The notes under the pieces are model-generated. The model saw only the letters and a program-made list of their open reading frames with translations, was not told where the DNA came from and did no database searches. Shown piece by piece: positions 39,861 through 54,884 of a stretch of DNA of 64,000 nt. Made by a program: the position numbers and the translations under genes. Origin of the DNA: Phoronis australis (lineage: Eukaryota > Animalia > Phoronida). Location of the stretch: contig NMRA01000749.1 in the NCBI GenBank assembly GCA_002633005.1, positions 62,001 to 126,000 on the forward strand, read 5' to 3'. Position 1 is the stretch's first letter. Each line of letters opens with the position of its first letter.

Positions 39861-41262
39861 CCTTGGCATCAGTTGCCTGTGATTATTCCTACAGCTGCCA
39901 AAAATACTTCCTATCTTTCAGTATCAAGCTTCAAAATACATGTGTCATGGTTGGTATGATACACGTCCTCTTCTAATAACTCCTGCCTCATAAGACTGCA
40001 TATGGTTGCTCTACATTCACTCTTCTGAGATGGAATTCGATCATACATCAACTCAAACTGATCATTAAACTCAGTGAAACTTTCGTCTCGAAATCGTACA
40101 ACGCAAATACTAAAGATATAGCACCTCAGATCAATCCTTCAGATATATATCCAGGTTTCAGTTCAGTGATTTTTCATGTGATCGAAGTAAATTGTCCTCA
40201 AGTTCAAAAAATGCACGGGGTATTCACTTTAAAGGATCAACCTGCCACACTTGGTGAGACAAGTCAAACCCACTCACAATGAAATCCAGTAATAAGTAAA
40301 TCCAGTCAGTGTAAAACCACAAAACAGCCTACAGCATGGCTTGTAAGGTAAACATCAAAACATTAATATCTGCACAGCCGTTGGTCTATTCACAGCCATC
40401 ACAGCATAAAATCAAACCTGCACTAATCATCAATATTCTACTGGCTAACATTCAGTTCAGCAATAGTCACTGAGATCCAACCATCCACAAAATTAAATGG
40501 ACTGACACAAAAAAAAACATCGAACCAAGTCTCTAAAGGCTGTTAAAGTCAACGCGAGCAAGCATCAACCAACCAGCATCAAGTCCAATATCCAATAACA
40601 ATCAGGGCTGATATGAAAAGCCAATCCCTGTGACAGTTCTTGGTAATTCAATAAAAGAACGTTCATCCAATTCACAGTCATCACAGGCTCTAACCCACTA
40701 CAGAATCCAGATCCTTTATAGTAGGCCAGCTCAGATGGACTGTCCTTAAGTCAATATTTCCAACTGTCATTACACTCTACACAAATACAAAACACTTGCC
40801 CTTGTGAACAGCTGTTATCAGTAGCTCTGCTTCACTACACAACATGTTGGGGGTTGGACCAGGCTCCCAGTCACAATTATGACACCCTCATGCTGAGTGC
40901 CAAGTCACCCTGTATAGGATTACCCTTAGTTCAGTCATTGGCCAGTCTTTGTGATGTAATGGCCAGCTTCATGTAAGCCAATCCTGGCTCACCCAATCAA
41001 TTATTATGCAACTCACAATGGACCAGGCTATGTCAATCCTTTTGGCAAGAGCATGAAAAAGTTCATTTTTGAATTAACAAGTTCATTTTTCTATTAATGT
41101 GTGCAAGACTAAGTTTCACCATTCTCATTGTGCAAGTAAATGAACTCAAAACAAGGGATTTACTCTAAAAATATTTTTGATATCGCTATCAACAATTCAA
41201 CAGAAGAATGCTCGTAACCAATGTCAAAAAATGGAAACTTCAGAAGAACAATTTTTCACAAG

Positions 41263-42180
41263 TAATTCAATAGTAATGAGAATGAAATGAAGACAGTTGA
41301 TGAACGCCAGTTTATATATGAGCCACACATTCATATATCATCTGAACATATTTTTAGCATAATGATTTATGTTGGCCAGATCAGAAATCCCATTAAACCA
41401 TCAATCAAACCCATTTGCCAAGTTCATTTCCCCAATGCATCCACAGATCTTCTGATCTATAATAAACACTATTTTGCAAGGTTTGACATCCAGCCACTTT
41501 GCACGGGATGCTTGCAATATGATAACCGGTTTCTACTCAATGTCTCGACAGAACTCAAAAAACGTGCAAGATATGGTTCCAGCACATAACTCTCTAGTCT
41601 CAATCTAGCCACATATCACTGTACCATCAGGTCAATGGCTAGAGTTGGCTCAACAGACAACAGCCATTCCCAAATTTCAAGAAATTTCACTTTAAAGTGG
41701 TCGTAATTTGTTGCGTTTGGNTAATTCAATAGTAATGAGAATAAAATGAAGACAGTTGATGAACGTCAGCTTATATATGAGCCACACATTCATATATCAT
41801 CTGAACATATTTTTAGCATAATGATTTATGTTGGCCAGATCAGAAATCCCATTAAACCATCAATCAAACGCATTTGCCAAGTTCATTTCCCCAATGCATC
41901 CACAGATCTTCTGATCTATAATAAACACTATTTTGCAAGGTTTGACATCCAGCCACTTTGCACGGGATGCTTGCAATATGATAACCGGTTTCTACTCAAA
42001 GTCTCGACAGAACTCAAAAAAACGTGCAAGATATGGTTCCAGCACATAACTCTCTAGTCTCAATCTAGCCACATATCACTGTACCATCAGGTCAATGGCT
42101 AGAGTTGGCTCAAAAGACAACAGCCATTCCCAAATTTCAAGAAATTTCACTTTAAAGTGGTCGTAATTTGTTGCATTTGG
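41263..42180. repeat. ~459-bp tandem near-duplication split by a single N (41721)
   Basis: 41263-41720 vs 41722-42180, with a few SNPs/indels. Confidence 0.95.
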
Positions 42181-45066
42181 TTGAACTCCCACCAGGATAG
42201 TTCAATTTCTTGATTTGAACGTTCTCAGTGTTACTTCAATTGGGTACAGTGAACATAGACTTTTACTTCATTGCAGGTAAGTACCCCCTATTTTAATTAT
42301 ATCAATTCTTTGCAGTATCGCTTCTTGAAAAAATGAATCATCCAACCACTGCCAGCACCACTGATGCATGGCCAATTCTGCAACCGGAAAAGAATGTCAA
42401 TATTTACAAAGACAAGTAACTGTTTCAAAACATTAACTTAAAGCCCCTCTAGCAGACTGACCGGACCAGACATACATTTCCTTGAGTGCAGACAATGAAG
42501 CAGTTTAAAGTAGCCCAAGCAAGAGGGGAGGATGTTCACAAGACTGTCTTATGACAATGACTGAATCGATGGAAGCATATTAGATTTTATTTTGCTGCAA
42601 GCAGATATATTGACACAAGGAGGAAGCCTCTACCAACTATAGCAGGAGTTGATTTGGGTGGTGACAGTAGATACACTGAAACCTCACTAATTTAGGATGC
42701 AGCATGACACAAAAATGAAATTTTTATTAATCGCTTTTTCACAAAAGCACCAAATAAATGTTTTTCCATGTTCCAAGTTCTGTACCACCAGACAGTATCA
42801 AAGGAAATGGTCCGCTTTTCACAATTTTAATTTTGCACCTATCCATAGCAATAGCTAGTTAATATGACTGAGAAACAATTGGGAGACCAGTTTCCAATGA
42901 AAAAGTATCTTTAAAAAGCACAACCATGAATTCCGACACTGCAAATTTAGATTCTGATGGCCAAGGACATACCACATAAATATTGAATGCAAAAAAACTT
43001 TTGATTTTTCAACTAAATGTATACATTGAGTCTCAAATTGAAGTATAAAGACACTGGAGTTAATTCTACTTGATAACAATCCCCTATAAATAGCACATGG
43101 AAGAATGTCCTCGAGGGCAATCAAAAAATCGGAAGACACAATCAACTGAGATCAATTGTCTTGAAAAATTTAAGCTCGATGAAGACAATCAATAAACACT
43201 GGAGTCAGCTTACATATTGGATGAAGTTCAAACACATCTAGTCATGCAAAATTGTCCCCTCAACTGTGATCCCGCCATATGAGCGTTGGCAGATTAGTAG
43301 ATTTAGGGATGTAGGAAGCTGGGCTCTCCCACTCTAACCGTGACCAAAAACATCCACGATATATATGTTTGGTGGTGAAGGCAATGGTAACTACAACTTT
43401 GTCAAAGACTTTCCTACACAGCACGAAGAGGGCACAATGCCTACATATGCAAAAATTGGCGGAAAAAAATCCTGTTCATTTTCAAGTAAAATTTTACTAG
43501 GAACAAGTTTTGCATTGGGACACAAGTCTTTCTGGAATTGAGTTCTACCAAATTTCGCTGATATTAATATTGGAAAAATTCTTCATGACCTAGATGGTTT
43601 GTTGATTCAATTAAAATTTTAATGGTTACCTGTATTGTAAAACCACTCGGTGCTGGCGAATGCATTGTACTGCACTGACAGTGTAGTGTCAGTATCTACC
43701 AGAAGGGGTGACAGAACTTTCCAGTATACAGGAATCCTTCAGGGACACAACCCTTTGTGGAATTAATCCCATGAATATTTCCCGAAATATTTCTGGGATT
43801 TCAAAATACATGAGAACGGCACTTATATTCCACGAACAAGGTATACGATTCAAATGTGCAAATGTTAAAAAGACTCATTGACCACTCAGTTGCTTTGTAC
43901 TTCATCATCCTTAAATTCAAATCTCGTTTTATTTCACAGCAGGTCAGAAGTAATGAGGATAATCAGTAATCCATTGTGACAATGAAACACGGATTACCAG
44001 AAAATAAAATGATATAAAAAAACTACATTTGCACTCTTAATACTTTAGTATTTTTCAGTCTCACAAGCTAACTCAGAATATTTTGATTTCATTTCTATTT
44101 GCTGCGACTTGTTAAAAACCTATTTCTATAAACGAATAACACAATATGGAATCTTCAAAATCAGCAAATAACACCCTAATGCATAGAACAGTCTGTTCAC
44201 ATAAGTTTAGGAAGATGATAATGACGTTATTCTTAGCCCAGACTTGTAATAACAAATCTGGAGACAATAATATCTGATTAATTAATAAGGAAAACACTCC
44301 ACTTTTGTGTTTGTTTATCATGTTAACAGAACTAAATCTAATTATACCACTTAACAGTTGTTCCTATGAAAAGGCTTATCAATAGGTCATAACATGCCAA
44401 GCAAACCTAGAGAGATGTCAGCCTACTCTTCAGAACTACCACATTGTGCAAGGCAAAAAATAAATACTGTTTCTTAAAGGGGCATTTCCTTCATTCTCAC
44501 TGCCTGAAAAAATATCATAAAGAAGGTTACTCATACACACAGAATATGTCTCAATCTTTTCAAACCATTACAGAGTAATAACAATTCTCTGGGGGGCTCC
44601 TTTGTAAATTGAAAGCAATGTTTCGTCGACCATTGGTGACTTTTTTCAAACAATGATAGAAAATATCAATCATTTCAATATTACACAGAACACCAAGGCA
44701 TCAACAAGTAGAGAAGAGTATTAAAAAGGCAGGTATTTAGACAGGGTTGGGCAACCTAACCATATTTGGCTGCTCTCCATCAATCACTCCTGGACTAACA
44801 GTTTCTTTTGACAGTAGAAAGGTCAGTTGTACATCATGACAAGATAATGGTCAGAGTCATTTCATGATTTTTATGTTGATGTCAAGAGAGGAGACGAAAG
44901 GCTCCTTTAATGGGATGCTTACCAATGATAATGATAACAAAAATAACATCATTTATTAATTCACAATTTGCTGACCATGTAACACAAGACCAAATAAATC
45001 TGTTTTATTCATGAATATGGAATTCGTTAGAATCTACCCAACCTATCACAATATGTGTGGCTCTTT

Positions 45067-45354
45067 AGTGCCGCCCACACGCTGACTTACCCTAGAACAA
45101 GTTACTCCTGCAACGAGTTGTCGACTTGTTCTAGGGCAACGTCTCCACTTCTAATCCCTGTGTGACTGCAACACTGGGGTAAGGCAGATGTAATTATCAG
45201 CTGCCAATTCCCATCAGCTGACCATTGTCATGCACAGAGGGGCAACTTCCACCTTACTCTAGTTATTAAACATATATTTGTGTGGACGCTCCACAAGTGG
45301 GATAGGTTGCTCTGGTGCAAGTTGTTCTAGGGTAGGCTGTGTGTGAACAGAACT
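45067..45354. mobile_element. MITE family B, copy 2
   Basis: ccctagaacaagttactcctgcaacgagttgtc ... caagttgttctagggtaggctgtgtgtg, colinear with 2537-2934 with a deletion. Confidence 0.7.
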
Positions 45355-46177
45355 TTAGTCAAAAGTATAACACCTAATAATAATCACTGAGGATGGTATA
45401 TTCATCGAAAACTCAAACATAAGCGTGATATTTTTCTCAATCATTCCGTCACTAACAGACTTGAAGACAAGTATACTGGTAAGTTGGCAACTGGAAAGCA
45501 CCTGGTTGCTGAAACAACCTCAGGGAATTTGAAAACCAAATATTTGGCCTCACAACCCCCATATATCATAACACAACATTGGCCACGGATTGCAATACTG
45601 GGTCAGTCCACATGTGGAAAGCTACTGGGATTAGACCAGGATCTTAATTAGTCTTGGAGACTGTGTAATGCATTGACATCCAATTAAGAACTGGAGACAA
45701 ATTGCCTGCCTGCTAATGAGAAACGGAGTGGTCTCTGCCACAGCAGCTGGGTCCAATATGGAAATGGGACTTCCTAAGTATTATGTAATCCCAGTCATTC
45801 AGACTAGAAAATGAGCGCCCAGCTGAGATTGTTGTGATCCATTTATTAATTCAACTGCATCTAATGTGCATTGGATTGCAGAGATGATGAAACTTGAAGA
45901 AGCAAATGTGCTGCTGTGCAAACAGACAACCTATTCTACAAGTCATTTGACAAACATGATAAGTCCACAGCAAATATTTCATGAAGGATTGACGAAGTCC
46001 TTTCACTTACTCTTTGCCAAACTGATGCAATGTTAGAAATGAATTCACAAAAAGTCATTTCCAACAGTTATTAATTTTTCAAAATAAAACACCATCACAA
46101 ACCGGAATTCCCTTGTGACTGTTGTTATTTCAAGAATTGTAACACTATGGTGTCCAAAGACTGGTGTGGTAACAGTA

Positions 46178-46420
46178 ACTTACAGGGGTCTTGCATTTTG
46201 AGAACCAGTTTTCTCCACTTAGTAACGGGTATCAAACTGGTTCTCATAATCCGGGGGACCCCTGTAAGTGTGTATCATCTGTATTTCCTCAACTGAACAG
46301 TCAGGTCTAGTGATATTCATGTATGTCACAGAGGAATGGGCTTAGTCCCCTACACGGGTCCCCGGATTTTGAGAACCAGTTTGATGCCTGGTATTCAGAG
46401 GAGAAAACTGGTTCTCAAAA
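46178..46420. repeat. Two copies of an ~85-bp palindromic element
   Basis: acttacaggggtc..ttttgagaaccagttttctcc..atcaaactggttctcataat..gacccctgtaagt (46178-46269) and an inverted, truncated copy at 46351-46420. Confidence 0.75.
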
Positions 46421-49400
46421 GCGACTATTATAGAGGCATCAAGGATAAAGGCAAGGGAGATCTGATGGAAATTTGATAGACTGGAAAGTCTCCACTATGA
46501 AAGCAGTGGAGCCTTAATAAGTTTGAAGGATCACGTAACTCAAAACAACACCTGTGCTTCAGACCTTACTCATATGTAGACCACTGGATGAATCACCTAA
46601 CTGGACACTATCAAATTTAGAGTGAAAATATTGCATGGTCTAACAATGTGGATTTGTTTACAATTTGGAGGAAACTTCAAGTCACTTTCCAAACTATAAC
46701 TGTAAGCACCACTTGAAACCATTATTCTTCAACTGTAGCACAAACTAATTTTGTTTTGCAAAAACGACACTTTGTGCAAATGAAAAGGAATATTTGAATT
46801 TTGTTTTGCAAAAATGACACTTTGCGTAAACGAAAAGGAAAATTTGATATCATTGACAAATGAAGGGCGAAATAATGAAATTAAACACTACTTTGCAACT
46901 TTTTGTAAAATAAGATCTTCAATACTGATTATGTATTACGACTTAACAGTAGCTCTTTATAAACCGATACAACAACTTTCAATAAATGTATTCCACAGAA
47001 TTTCCCACAAGAATCCCCAGAAATGCTGCTGTGTGTGCTTAAGACATCTAGTGAACTACCTGATTAACTAATGAATTAAACAAGAGAAATGTTACTAGGT
47101 GCACTAGTTGTCACGGTTACGAACACTTCCCAACACTGCCCCCCAGTAATCGTAATTTCCCTTCTTCCTCTCACCCTAGTTAATGAATAAATGATTTGCT
47201 TCAGATGCTAATGACAAATGTAGAACAAGCAAGACTGTAATCAAATGCTAGAGACATTGGTGTGACGAAATATTGTTTGCTATTTTAGATTGCTATTTTA
47301 GACCAAAGTATTAATATATTGTATATGCAAGGGGCATTGGTGACCTTTACTTCAACATTTAAACTACTTCAGTTCATGCCATAGGGAATTTTGAGTTTAA
47401 ACTGAGGGTACGCTATAATTCTGTACAAAAACAATTGAACTTTCCACTGAAAACAAGCAAAAGCTATGAAATAAACCACTGCAGAGTGCAAACAAATTAG
47501 GAAGGTTCATCCAGGAATATGTGCTGGAGTCTAGTGGTAGAAATTTGAACTAACCACTAAGAAATCAGAGGCTTTGAATGCTACCTTTTCCTCGGAAATG
47601 GAAAACAAATCTTACTTGTTTTCAATGGTTTTGAAACTGTGCATGTCTATTTTCAATAGTTAAAGCAGACATGAGCAGCTTCAAAACCATTTGACCAGAA
47701 ATTTCAAAAACTAATACTGAGTCAACATCATAAAGTTATGAAATAATTTGATAACAAACTATTTGATTCACTATTCCTGATTTTTCTGTGACTATTTGAT
47801 TCACTATTGGCCAATATTAGCGTCTATGTCTTGATAACACATACTGATAAGATTGTTGATTATACAAATGTCCAAATTTTGTGTGAAAAAAGCAAAAAGC
47901 TGCTGATGGATTGGGCGACATAACAGTTGGCTGCAAGCAGTAATTGCACAGATATCGGGTACTCAATATCTCAGTGGTAAGAGCACTACACCAGCAATTT
48001 AGAGGCCTGTGATTTGATTCCCAGTTAGGGTTCCTGATTTTTTGTGTTTATTTGATTCATTATTAGCCAACATCTGTGTCTATAAATACTGTAAACATTT
48101 TTTTTTAAATGGACAATGGAAGAAACAGATTTGCCACATAACTGAAAAGAACTGAAGACCTCCCTGGTCTGTGAAACAACTGAGAAGAAAGTTTTGGGCA
48201 GCAAGATATAATTACATACAATATGTGGAGATTGTATTTGAAAAGAAATTACTCATTTCATACAATATGAACAATTTGTTGAGCAGCACCCACGATACGA
48301 TCACCCAGCCACAAATCTTATCTCTTCACCTACCTATTTACTATTGAACATTTTGATGGCTAAGCAAGAATTCAACATACACTAACCTTCTACTGTTGCA
48401 GCAGAAAAAAGGCAAAGACAAGTCACACCATCCGAGCATTTTCACCGTGTCCTCTCAAACAACTAACGACGTGCGTTTGTGTAGAACGATTGCTTCAACC
48501 GAAGCGTGACTATATTAAAAATTTAGTCTTCGCTTCCGCAGCTGCGGCACATCTAAAATGATGATTAATCTTAAGCAGCTCCAAGACCTTTGGCTGGTCT
48601 CTTGAGAGCTCAGAGAACCACTGACACGTTGGCCCAAGCTTTATTTAGCATTAATAACTAACTGACAATTGCATAACAACAGTAAGTACCACCTTACAGT
48701 TTCAACTAATCACAAACATGATACATTACTCCAGACTGATGGTAGTTGCATGGTAAACTATGGATACCCAGCCCTCCTGAATGGTATGTTTTGTACTGTA
48801 ACAGTCTTAACTTTCTATCTTGATTGTAACTAAAATGAAGTACTAATGGATAATTATTAAGTGAATGATTNCCGTAAGCGACTATTACAGAGGCATCAAT
48901 GATAAAGGCAAGGGAGATTTGATGGAAATTTGATAGACTGGGAAGTCTCCACTATGAAAGCAGTGGAGCCTTGATAAGTTTGAAGGATCACGTAACTCAA
49001 AACAACACCTGTGCTTCAGACCTGGCTCATATGTAGACCACTGGATGAATCACCTTAACTGGACACTATCAAATTTAGAGTGAAAATATTGCATGGTCTA
49101 ACAATGTAGATTTGTTTACAATTTGGAGGAAACTTCAAGTCACTTTCCATATTATAACTGTAAGCAACACGTAAGACTATTTGCTTGAAACCATTATTCT
49201 TCAACTGTAGCACAAACTAATTTTGTTTTGCAAAAAAGACACTTTGCGTAAATGAAAAGGAAAATTTGATACCATTGACAAATGAAGGGCGAAATAATGA
49301 AATTAAACACTACTTTGCAACATTTTGTTTATAAAATAAGATCTTCAATACTGATGTATTACGACATAACAGCAGCTCTTTATAAACCGATACAACGACT

Positions 49401-51276
49401 TTCAATAAATGTATTCCATAGAATTTCCCACAAGAATCCCCAGAAATGCTGCTGCGTGTGCTTAAGACATCTAGTCAACTACTTGATTAACTAATGAATT
49501 AAACAAGAGAAATGTTACTAGGTACACTAGTTGTCACGGTTACGAACCCTTCCCAACACTGCCCCCCAGTAATCGTAATTTCACTTCTTCCTCTCACCGT
49601 AGTTAATGAATAAATGATTTGCTTCAGATGCTAATGACAAATGTAGAACAAGCAAGACTGTAATCAGATGCCAGAGACATTGGCGTGACGAATTATTGTT
49701 TGCTATTTTAGATTGCTATTTTAGACCAAAGTATTAATATATTGTATATGCAAGGGGCATTGGTGACCTTTATTTCAACATTTAAACTGCTTCAGTTCAT
49801 GCCATACGGAATTTTGAGTTTAAAGTGAGGGTACGCTATAATTCTGTACAAAATCAATTGAACTTTCCATTGAAAACAAGCAAAAGCTATGAAATAAACA
49901 AATTAGGAAGGTTCATCCAGGAACATGTGCTGGAGTCTAGTGGTAGAAATTTGAACTAACCACTAAGAAATCAGAGGCTTTGAATGCTACCTTATCCTCG
50001 GAAATGGAAAACAAATCTTACTTGTTTTCAATGGTTTTGAAACTGTGCATGTCTGTTTTCAATAGTTTAAGCAGACATGAGCAGCTTCAAAACCATTTGA
50101 CCAGAAATTTCAAAAACTAATACTGAGTTAACATCATAAAGTTATGAAATAATTTGATAACAAACTATTTGATTCACTATTCCTGATTTTTCTGTGACTA
50201 TTTGATTCACTATTGGCCAATATTAGCGTTTATGTCTTAGTAACACGTAATGGTAAGATTGTTGATTATACAAGTGTCCAAATTTTGTGTGAAAAAAGCA
50301 AAAAGCTGCTGATGGATTGGGCGACATAACAGTTGGCTGCAAGCAGTAATTGCACAGATATCGGGTACTCAATATCTCAGTGGTAAGAGCACTACACCAG
50401 CAATTTAGAGGCCTGTGATTTGATTCCCAGTTAGGGTTCCTGATTTTTTGTGTTTATTTGATTCATTATTAGCCAACATCTGTGTCTATAAATACTGTAA
50501 ACATTTTTTTTTAAATGGACAATGGAAGAAACAGATTTGCCACATAACTGAAAAGAACTGAAGACCTCCCTGGTCTGTGAAACAACTGAGAAGAAAGTTT
50601 TGGGCAGCAAGATATAATTACATACAATATGTGGAGATTGTATTTGAAAAGAAATTACTCATTTCATACAATATGAACAATTTGTTGAGCAGCACCCACG
50701 ATACGATCACCCAGCCACAAATCTTATCTCTTCACCTACCTATTTACTATTGAACATTTTGATGGCTAAGCAAGAATTCAACATACACTAACCTTCTACT
50801 GTTGCAGCAGAAAAAAGGCAAAGACAAGTCACACCATCCGAGCATTTTCACCGTGTCCTCTCAAACAACTAACGACGTGCGTTTGTGTAGAACGATTGCT
50901 TCAACCGAAGCGTGACTATATTAAAAATTTAGTCTTCGCTTCCGCAGCTGCGGCACATCTAAAATGATGATTAATCTTAAGCAGCTCCAAGACCTTTGGC
51001 TGGTCTCTTGAGAGCTCAGAGAACCACTGACACGTTGGCCCAAGCTTTATTTAGCATTAATAACTAACTGACAATTGCATAACAACAGTAAGTACCACCT
51101 TACAGTTTCAACTAATCACAAACATGATACATTACTCCAGACTGATGGTAGTTGCATGGTAAACTATGGATACCCAGCCCTCCTGAATGGTATGTTTTGT
51201 ACTGTAACAGTCTTAACTTTCTATCTTGATTGTAACTAAAATGAAGTACTAATGGATAATTATTAAGTGAATGATT
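46419..51276. repeat. ~2.4-kb tandem near-duplication split by a single N (48871)
   Basis: 46419-48870 vs 48876-51276; SNPs and indels in the first ~1.4 kb, apparently identical afterwards. Confidence 0.95.
47957..48085 (+). mobile_element. tRNA-derived SINE remnant (repeated at ~50363 in the duplicated block)
   Basis: tctcagtggtaagagcact (A-box-like) ... atttgattccca (B-box-like). Confidence 0.5.
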
Positions 51277-51506
51277 TTTAAGCAGAACTAAATGACAAGC
51301 TGCACAACCCAAGCTATAAAACGCGATCAGAGATTAGTTATGTGTAAATAACAATAAAATTGCAGTTTTAAATGTTCAGTTTGACCATTTTGAGTCTCTC
51401 CAGGGTCAACTAGAGATTGGCAATAGAAACTGCCATATCAGTATAACATGGATTTTAGTTTTGCTTCACGGAGCATAAAATGGAAGTTAATGTAAATCAA
51501 AACTGG

Positions 51507-51717
51507 TAGTGGAGAGGCTGGCGCACAGTCTGCAAAGTAATATAGTGAAGAGGCTGGCGCACAGTCTGCAAAGTAATATAGTGGAGAGGCTGGTGCACAG
51601 TCTGCAAAGTAATATAGTGGAGAGGCTGGTGCACAGTCTGCAAAGTAATATAGTGGAGAGGCTGGTGCACAGTCTGCATTTAGAAGTAATATAGTGGAGA
51701 GGCTGGAGCACAGTCTG
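51507..51717. repeat. 36-bp minisatellite (tagtggagaggctggtgcacagtctgcaaagtaata), ~5.5 copies
   Basis: Direct inspection; accounts for the repetitive ORFs at 51487-51777. Confidence 0.95.
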
Positions 51718-54254
51718 GGTATGCAGGATCATCAATATTAAATGCATCCTACATTGTCCAAGAACAAAGGGAATCACATTCTAATAAATGCCATTTTCCA
51801 AATCAAATTTTGTCATTTAAGATGGTCAGTTTGATCAATATGCTGTACGGATATTCAGTGAAAATTGACATCATGTCACGTCAAGCTTTATAAGAGAAAT
51901 ACCAGGAATCACAAGATGTCTAAGACATTCCAACCGTGACAATTACAACAATTATTGAAATGGTTTAGATAAAAATTTAATGACAACAGCAATTCTTCAC
52001 CAAGTTTGCACGCAAATTTGCCCACAAAATCAAAGTTTTAAAAAATTTAGTTTATTACTTTCTTGGTTTGTACTATGTAGATATCGAAAAACAAATTCGG
52101 TAGAAATCTCCTTATTCGTTGCACGACAATCAGACTTTGGAGGATGATACTGGGATATTCCGTAGATAAGCCCATGGAAAATGAAGATTCTCAGGAGTTT
52201 TAGTAATACCAAATAAACATCCGGGCGTTTATTAGGAAAAGTGGGGTTTTTAAACAAAAACTCATGGGCAATTCCATTTGTGATGGACGTACAATCAGAG
52301 AACATTTTGTTCAATTGTGAAAAAAATGATCACCCTAGGAAAATAATTAATAAATTAATTGATAGGTCTCACCGATAGCTTTCAAAGCATGTTTTAACTT
52401 TTCCCCTATCTTTTAATCTGACTGAGAAAATTGTCTGTAAAGGGTGTGACGGACGTACGCAGAGAATTTGATTTTTTTTTTAAAAAAAGTTTCAACGTTA
52501 ATTTTCTGTGAGTTGCATTAAGTCACAATTTTATGTTTTACACGATGTTTTAGTGGAATGTTTGCAAAGAACAACACACTAATTTTTTGATATCTTCTAA
52601 GAAATTTTTGAGATGTGCCAAAGTTGAAATGTTATTTTTCACAAAGTTTGGGATTCATGTGATTGCACAAAATTGATAGTATAGTGAAAACTCCATAGAA
52701 CTTAACTTTTTTATGACAATAATTAGCAACACACATGAAAATTGAGCTAATTTTTAGGGTCAAATGACACCCCCAAAATGGGTCAATTTAAGCACAAAAT
52801 TGAAACTTATAGGACAGTCAAATATGGGTCCTGAAACTAGAGAGAATGGGCTTTTAGACGAGACCAGAAATGTTAGTGTAGCCACAATTTTAATTTTTTG
52901 TGTCGAGGTTGACCTTTTCACGGAATTGCCCTCATAATTTTGCTGACTGTGACATTTTTTCAACTTATAACCGTGTCCTTAAAATTTATGTTAATGAATG
53001 CATAGTTCACAAACTGCTTTTTTGTTTTTATAAATGATAAATGCTCCACAAAAATGATTTTGTGACAAAAAGTTGACGCTGAATGGGATTTTAAGAGGAA
53101 ATTTTCTGAATGAAAGCCGAACTATTTGGACACATGACGCCACAAGTTGTCACGACAAATAAACGCCCATGGGCCTTTATTGGGCATAATTTTCCGAATA
53201 AACACCCATGGGCGTTTCATCGGGTGGGTTTATCTATGGAAAATCCCAGTTCATTCTGACTGCGACTGCAGTGTGTTCATTAAGTTTTATTTCACGCAAT
53301 GAACACCTGTCTGATGTCATCAAATTAAAGGAATGTATCTCTTGGCAATGAGAAGGAAGAATGAGATAGCAGAACCATCAAGTCAACACTGATTTTTGGC
53401 ATATCGTGGACAGCTGTAATGGACACTGACGCTACACTTTAGGAGAAAATATGAGACTACCAGTAGAGCAATACAAAGTATGAACAGTGGAGGGAACACA
53501 GTGCAGGAACAGAAACGTTGGTTGTTTCATATGGTTGGGAGAAATGACGAGACTACAAAATCACATGTCATTGGTGACGCAAGTTCTGGTGAATGCCTGT
53601 CATAGATGGCTAGGCTTATGAAACTCGGCTGTCAGTCAAATTGACTTTTAGCTAAATGGCTTAAGTCTAGGTGCGCAGATCACTCAACTTGGTTTAAAGC
53701 CGGGTAGAGGGTGCTTACCCTCTGACCGGAGGTTCCAATTATTTTCCAACAGATTCCTTCATTAAATATCAAAATCATTAGTGTACGAGTCATTGCTCAA
53801 TGCTGATATCTTTGATGTACCTAACACTGACACTTTCATTCTGTCTCTGAAGTCTTGGCTGAAAAATAAGATGGCTAATGATTTTGCTACGAATGAACTT
53901 GTCTGAAAGAAATCAAAATTGCCGAATTATGGTTAGTTGGAAATTTCCTTAAATTTGCCAAAAAATAAAATTAATTTTCCCTGTATCTGGAAGTCATAGG
54001 TTTGGACTTTTAGGTTCAGGAATAAACATTCACCAAAGTATAACTATGCGTGACACGGGAGACAAATATGTCAATTCACAACAAAACAATGGTCAGGAAC
54101 AAGAGCACAAATGGCCAACTAAATAAACCTCAACCATTTCATAAAACTGGCCCATCCAGAGTAGTGCATGGTAGCCATTTATAGTCAGGGTGGCTAAAAA
54201 AGGCAGGGTTTACAACACAAAATCGTATTATGATGTATGCAAAATCTATAAGTA

Positions 54255-54320
54255 GTGTGACTTGAACGCAGGATCTTCAGCGTGCGAGTAAAGCGTCCAA
54301 ACCAAACAGGCAATTGCCAA
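54255..54320 (-). mobile_element. tRNA-derived SINE head, degraded
   Basis: Minus strand gcctgtttggtttggacgct...gatcctgcgttcaagtcac has A/B-box-like motifs. Confidence 0.4.
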
Positions 54321-54379
54321 TTGGCAAACAATTTGGAGATTTTATTCGAATGCGCATCACTCCTGGTTACCCCAAATTC

Positions 54380-54884
54380 ACAACTCTATTCCTGATTGTG
54401 TGGAGCAAGGGAAAGAGTGTCGAAGTAAACAGCGCAGTTAACTGGACCGTTCATACTGGCTTCGGAAGTTAATGACCATCGAAGTAAAGGGTTGGTGACG
54501 CTGACGTCATCGAAGTTATCGCAAGGTAGCGCTGCACGCTAAGATTTTTTCAATGTGACAATTTGAGAACATTTAAATGTGCTAAATGACATTAAACTCA
54601 TTTTTAAATCGATTGGTTATCATTAGAGCAAAAAATAAGTAGTTATTAGTGACGGCACTACTCTGTAACTGTTGATGATAACAGTGGAACCTGGCGATAA
54701 CTTCGACTGGGCCGGAGTTAAGCGTTCATACTGCACCGCAGCGTTGACGCTGCGGTCTTAAATCCACCTTTTAACTGCGATGTTAACTGGAGCTGTTAAC
54801 TGCGATCCAGAACCAGAGTTAAGCATTCATACTGACCACAACTCCCCAAACCATCGCCGCGTCGATATTAGTATGAAAGGCCCT
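54380..54884. mobile_element. MITE family A copy
   Basis: Colinear with 38410-38870; ends ATGAAAGGCCCT|ATA. Left terminus degraded. Confidence 0.8.

Noticed and set aside
41287-42057. Paired ~100-aa ORFs
   Set aside because: Same single-N duplication artefact; no domain signature.
51487-51777. Repetitive ORFs / CRISPR-like 36-bp periodicity
   Set aside because: Head-to-tail minisatellite with no unique spacers, in a eukaryotic context with no cas genes.
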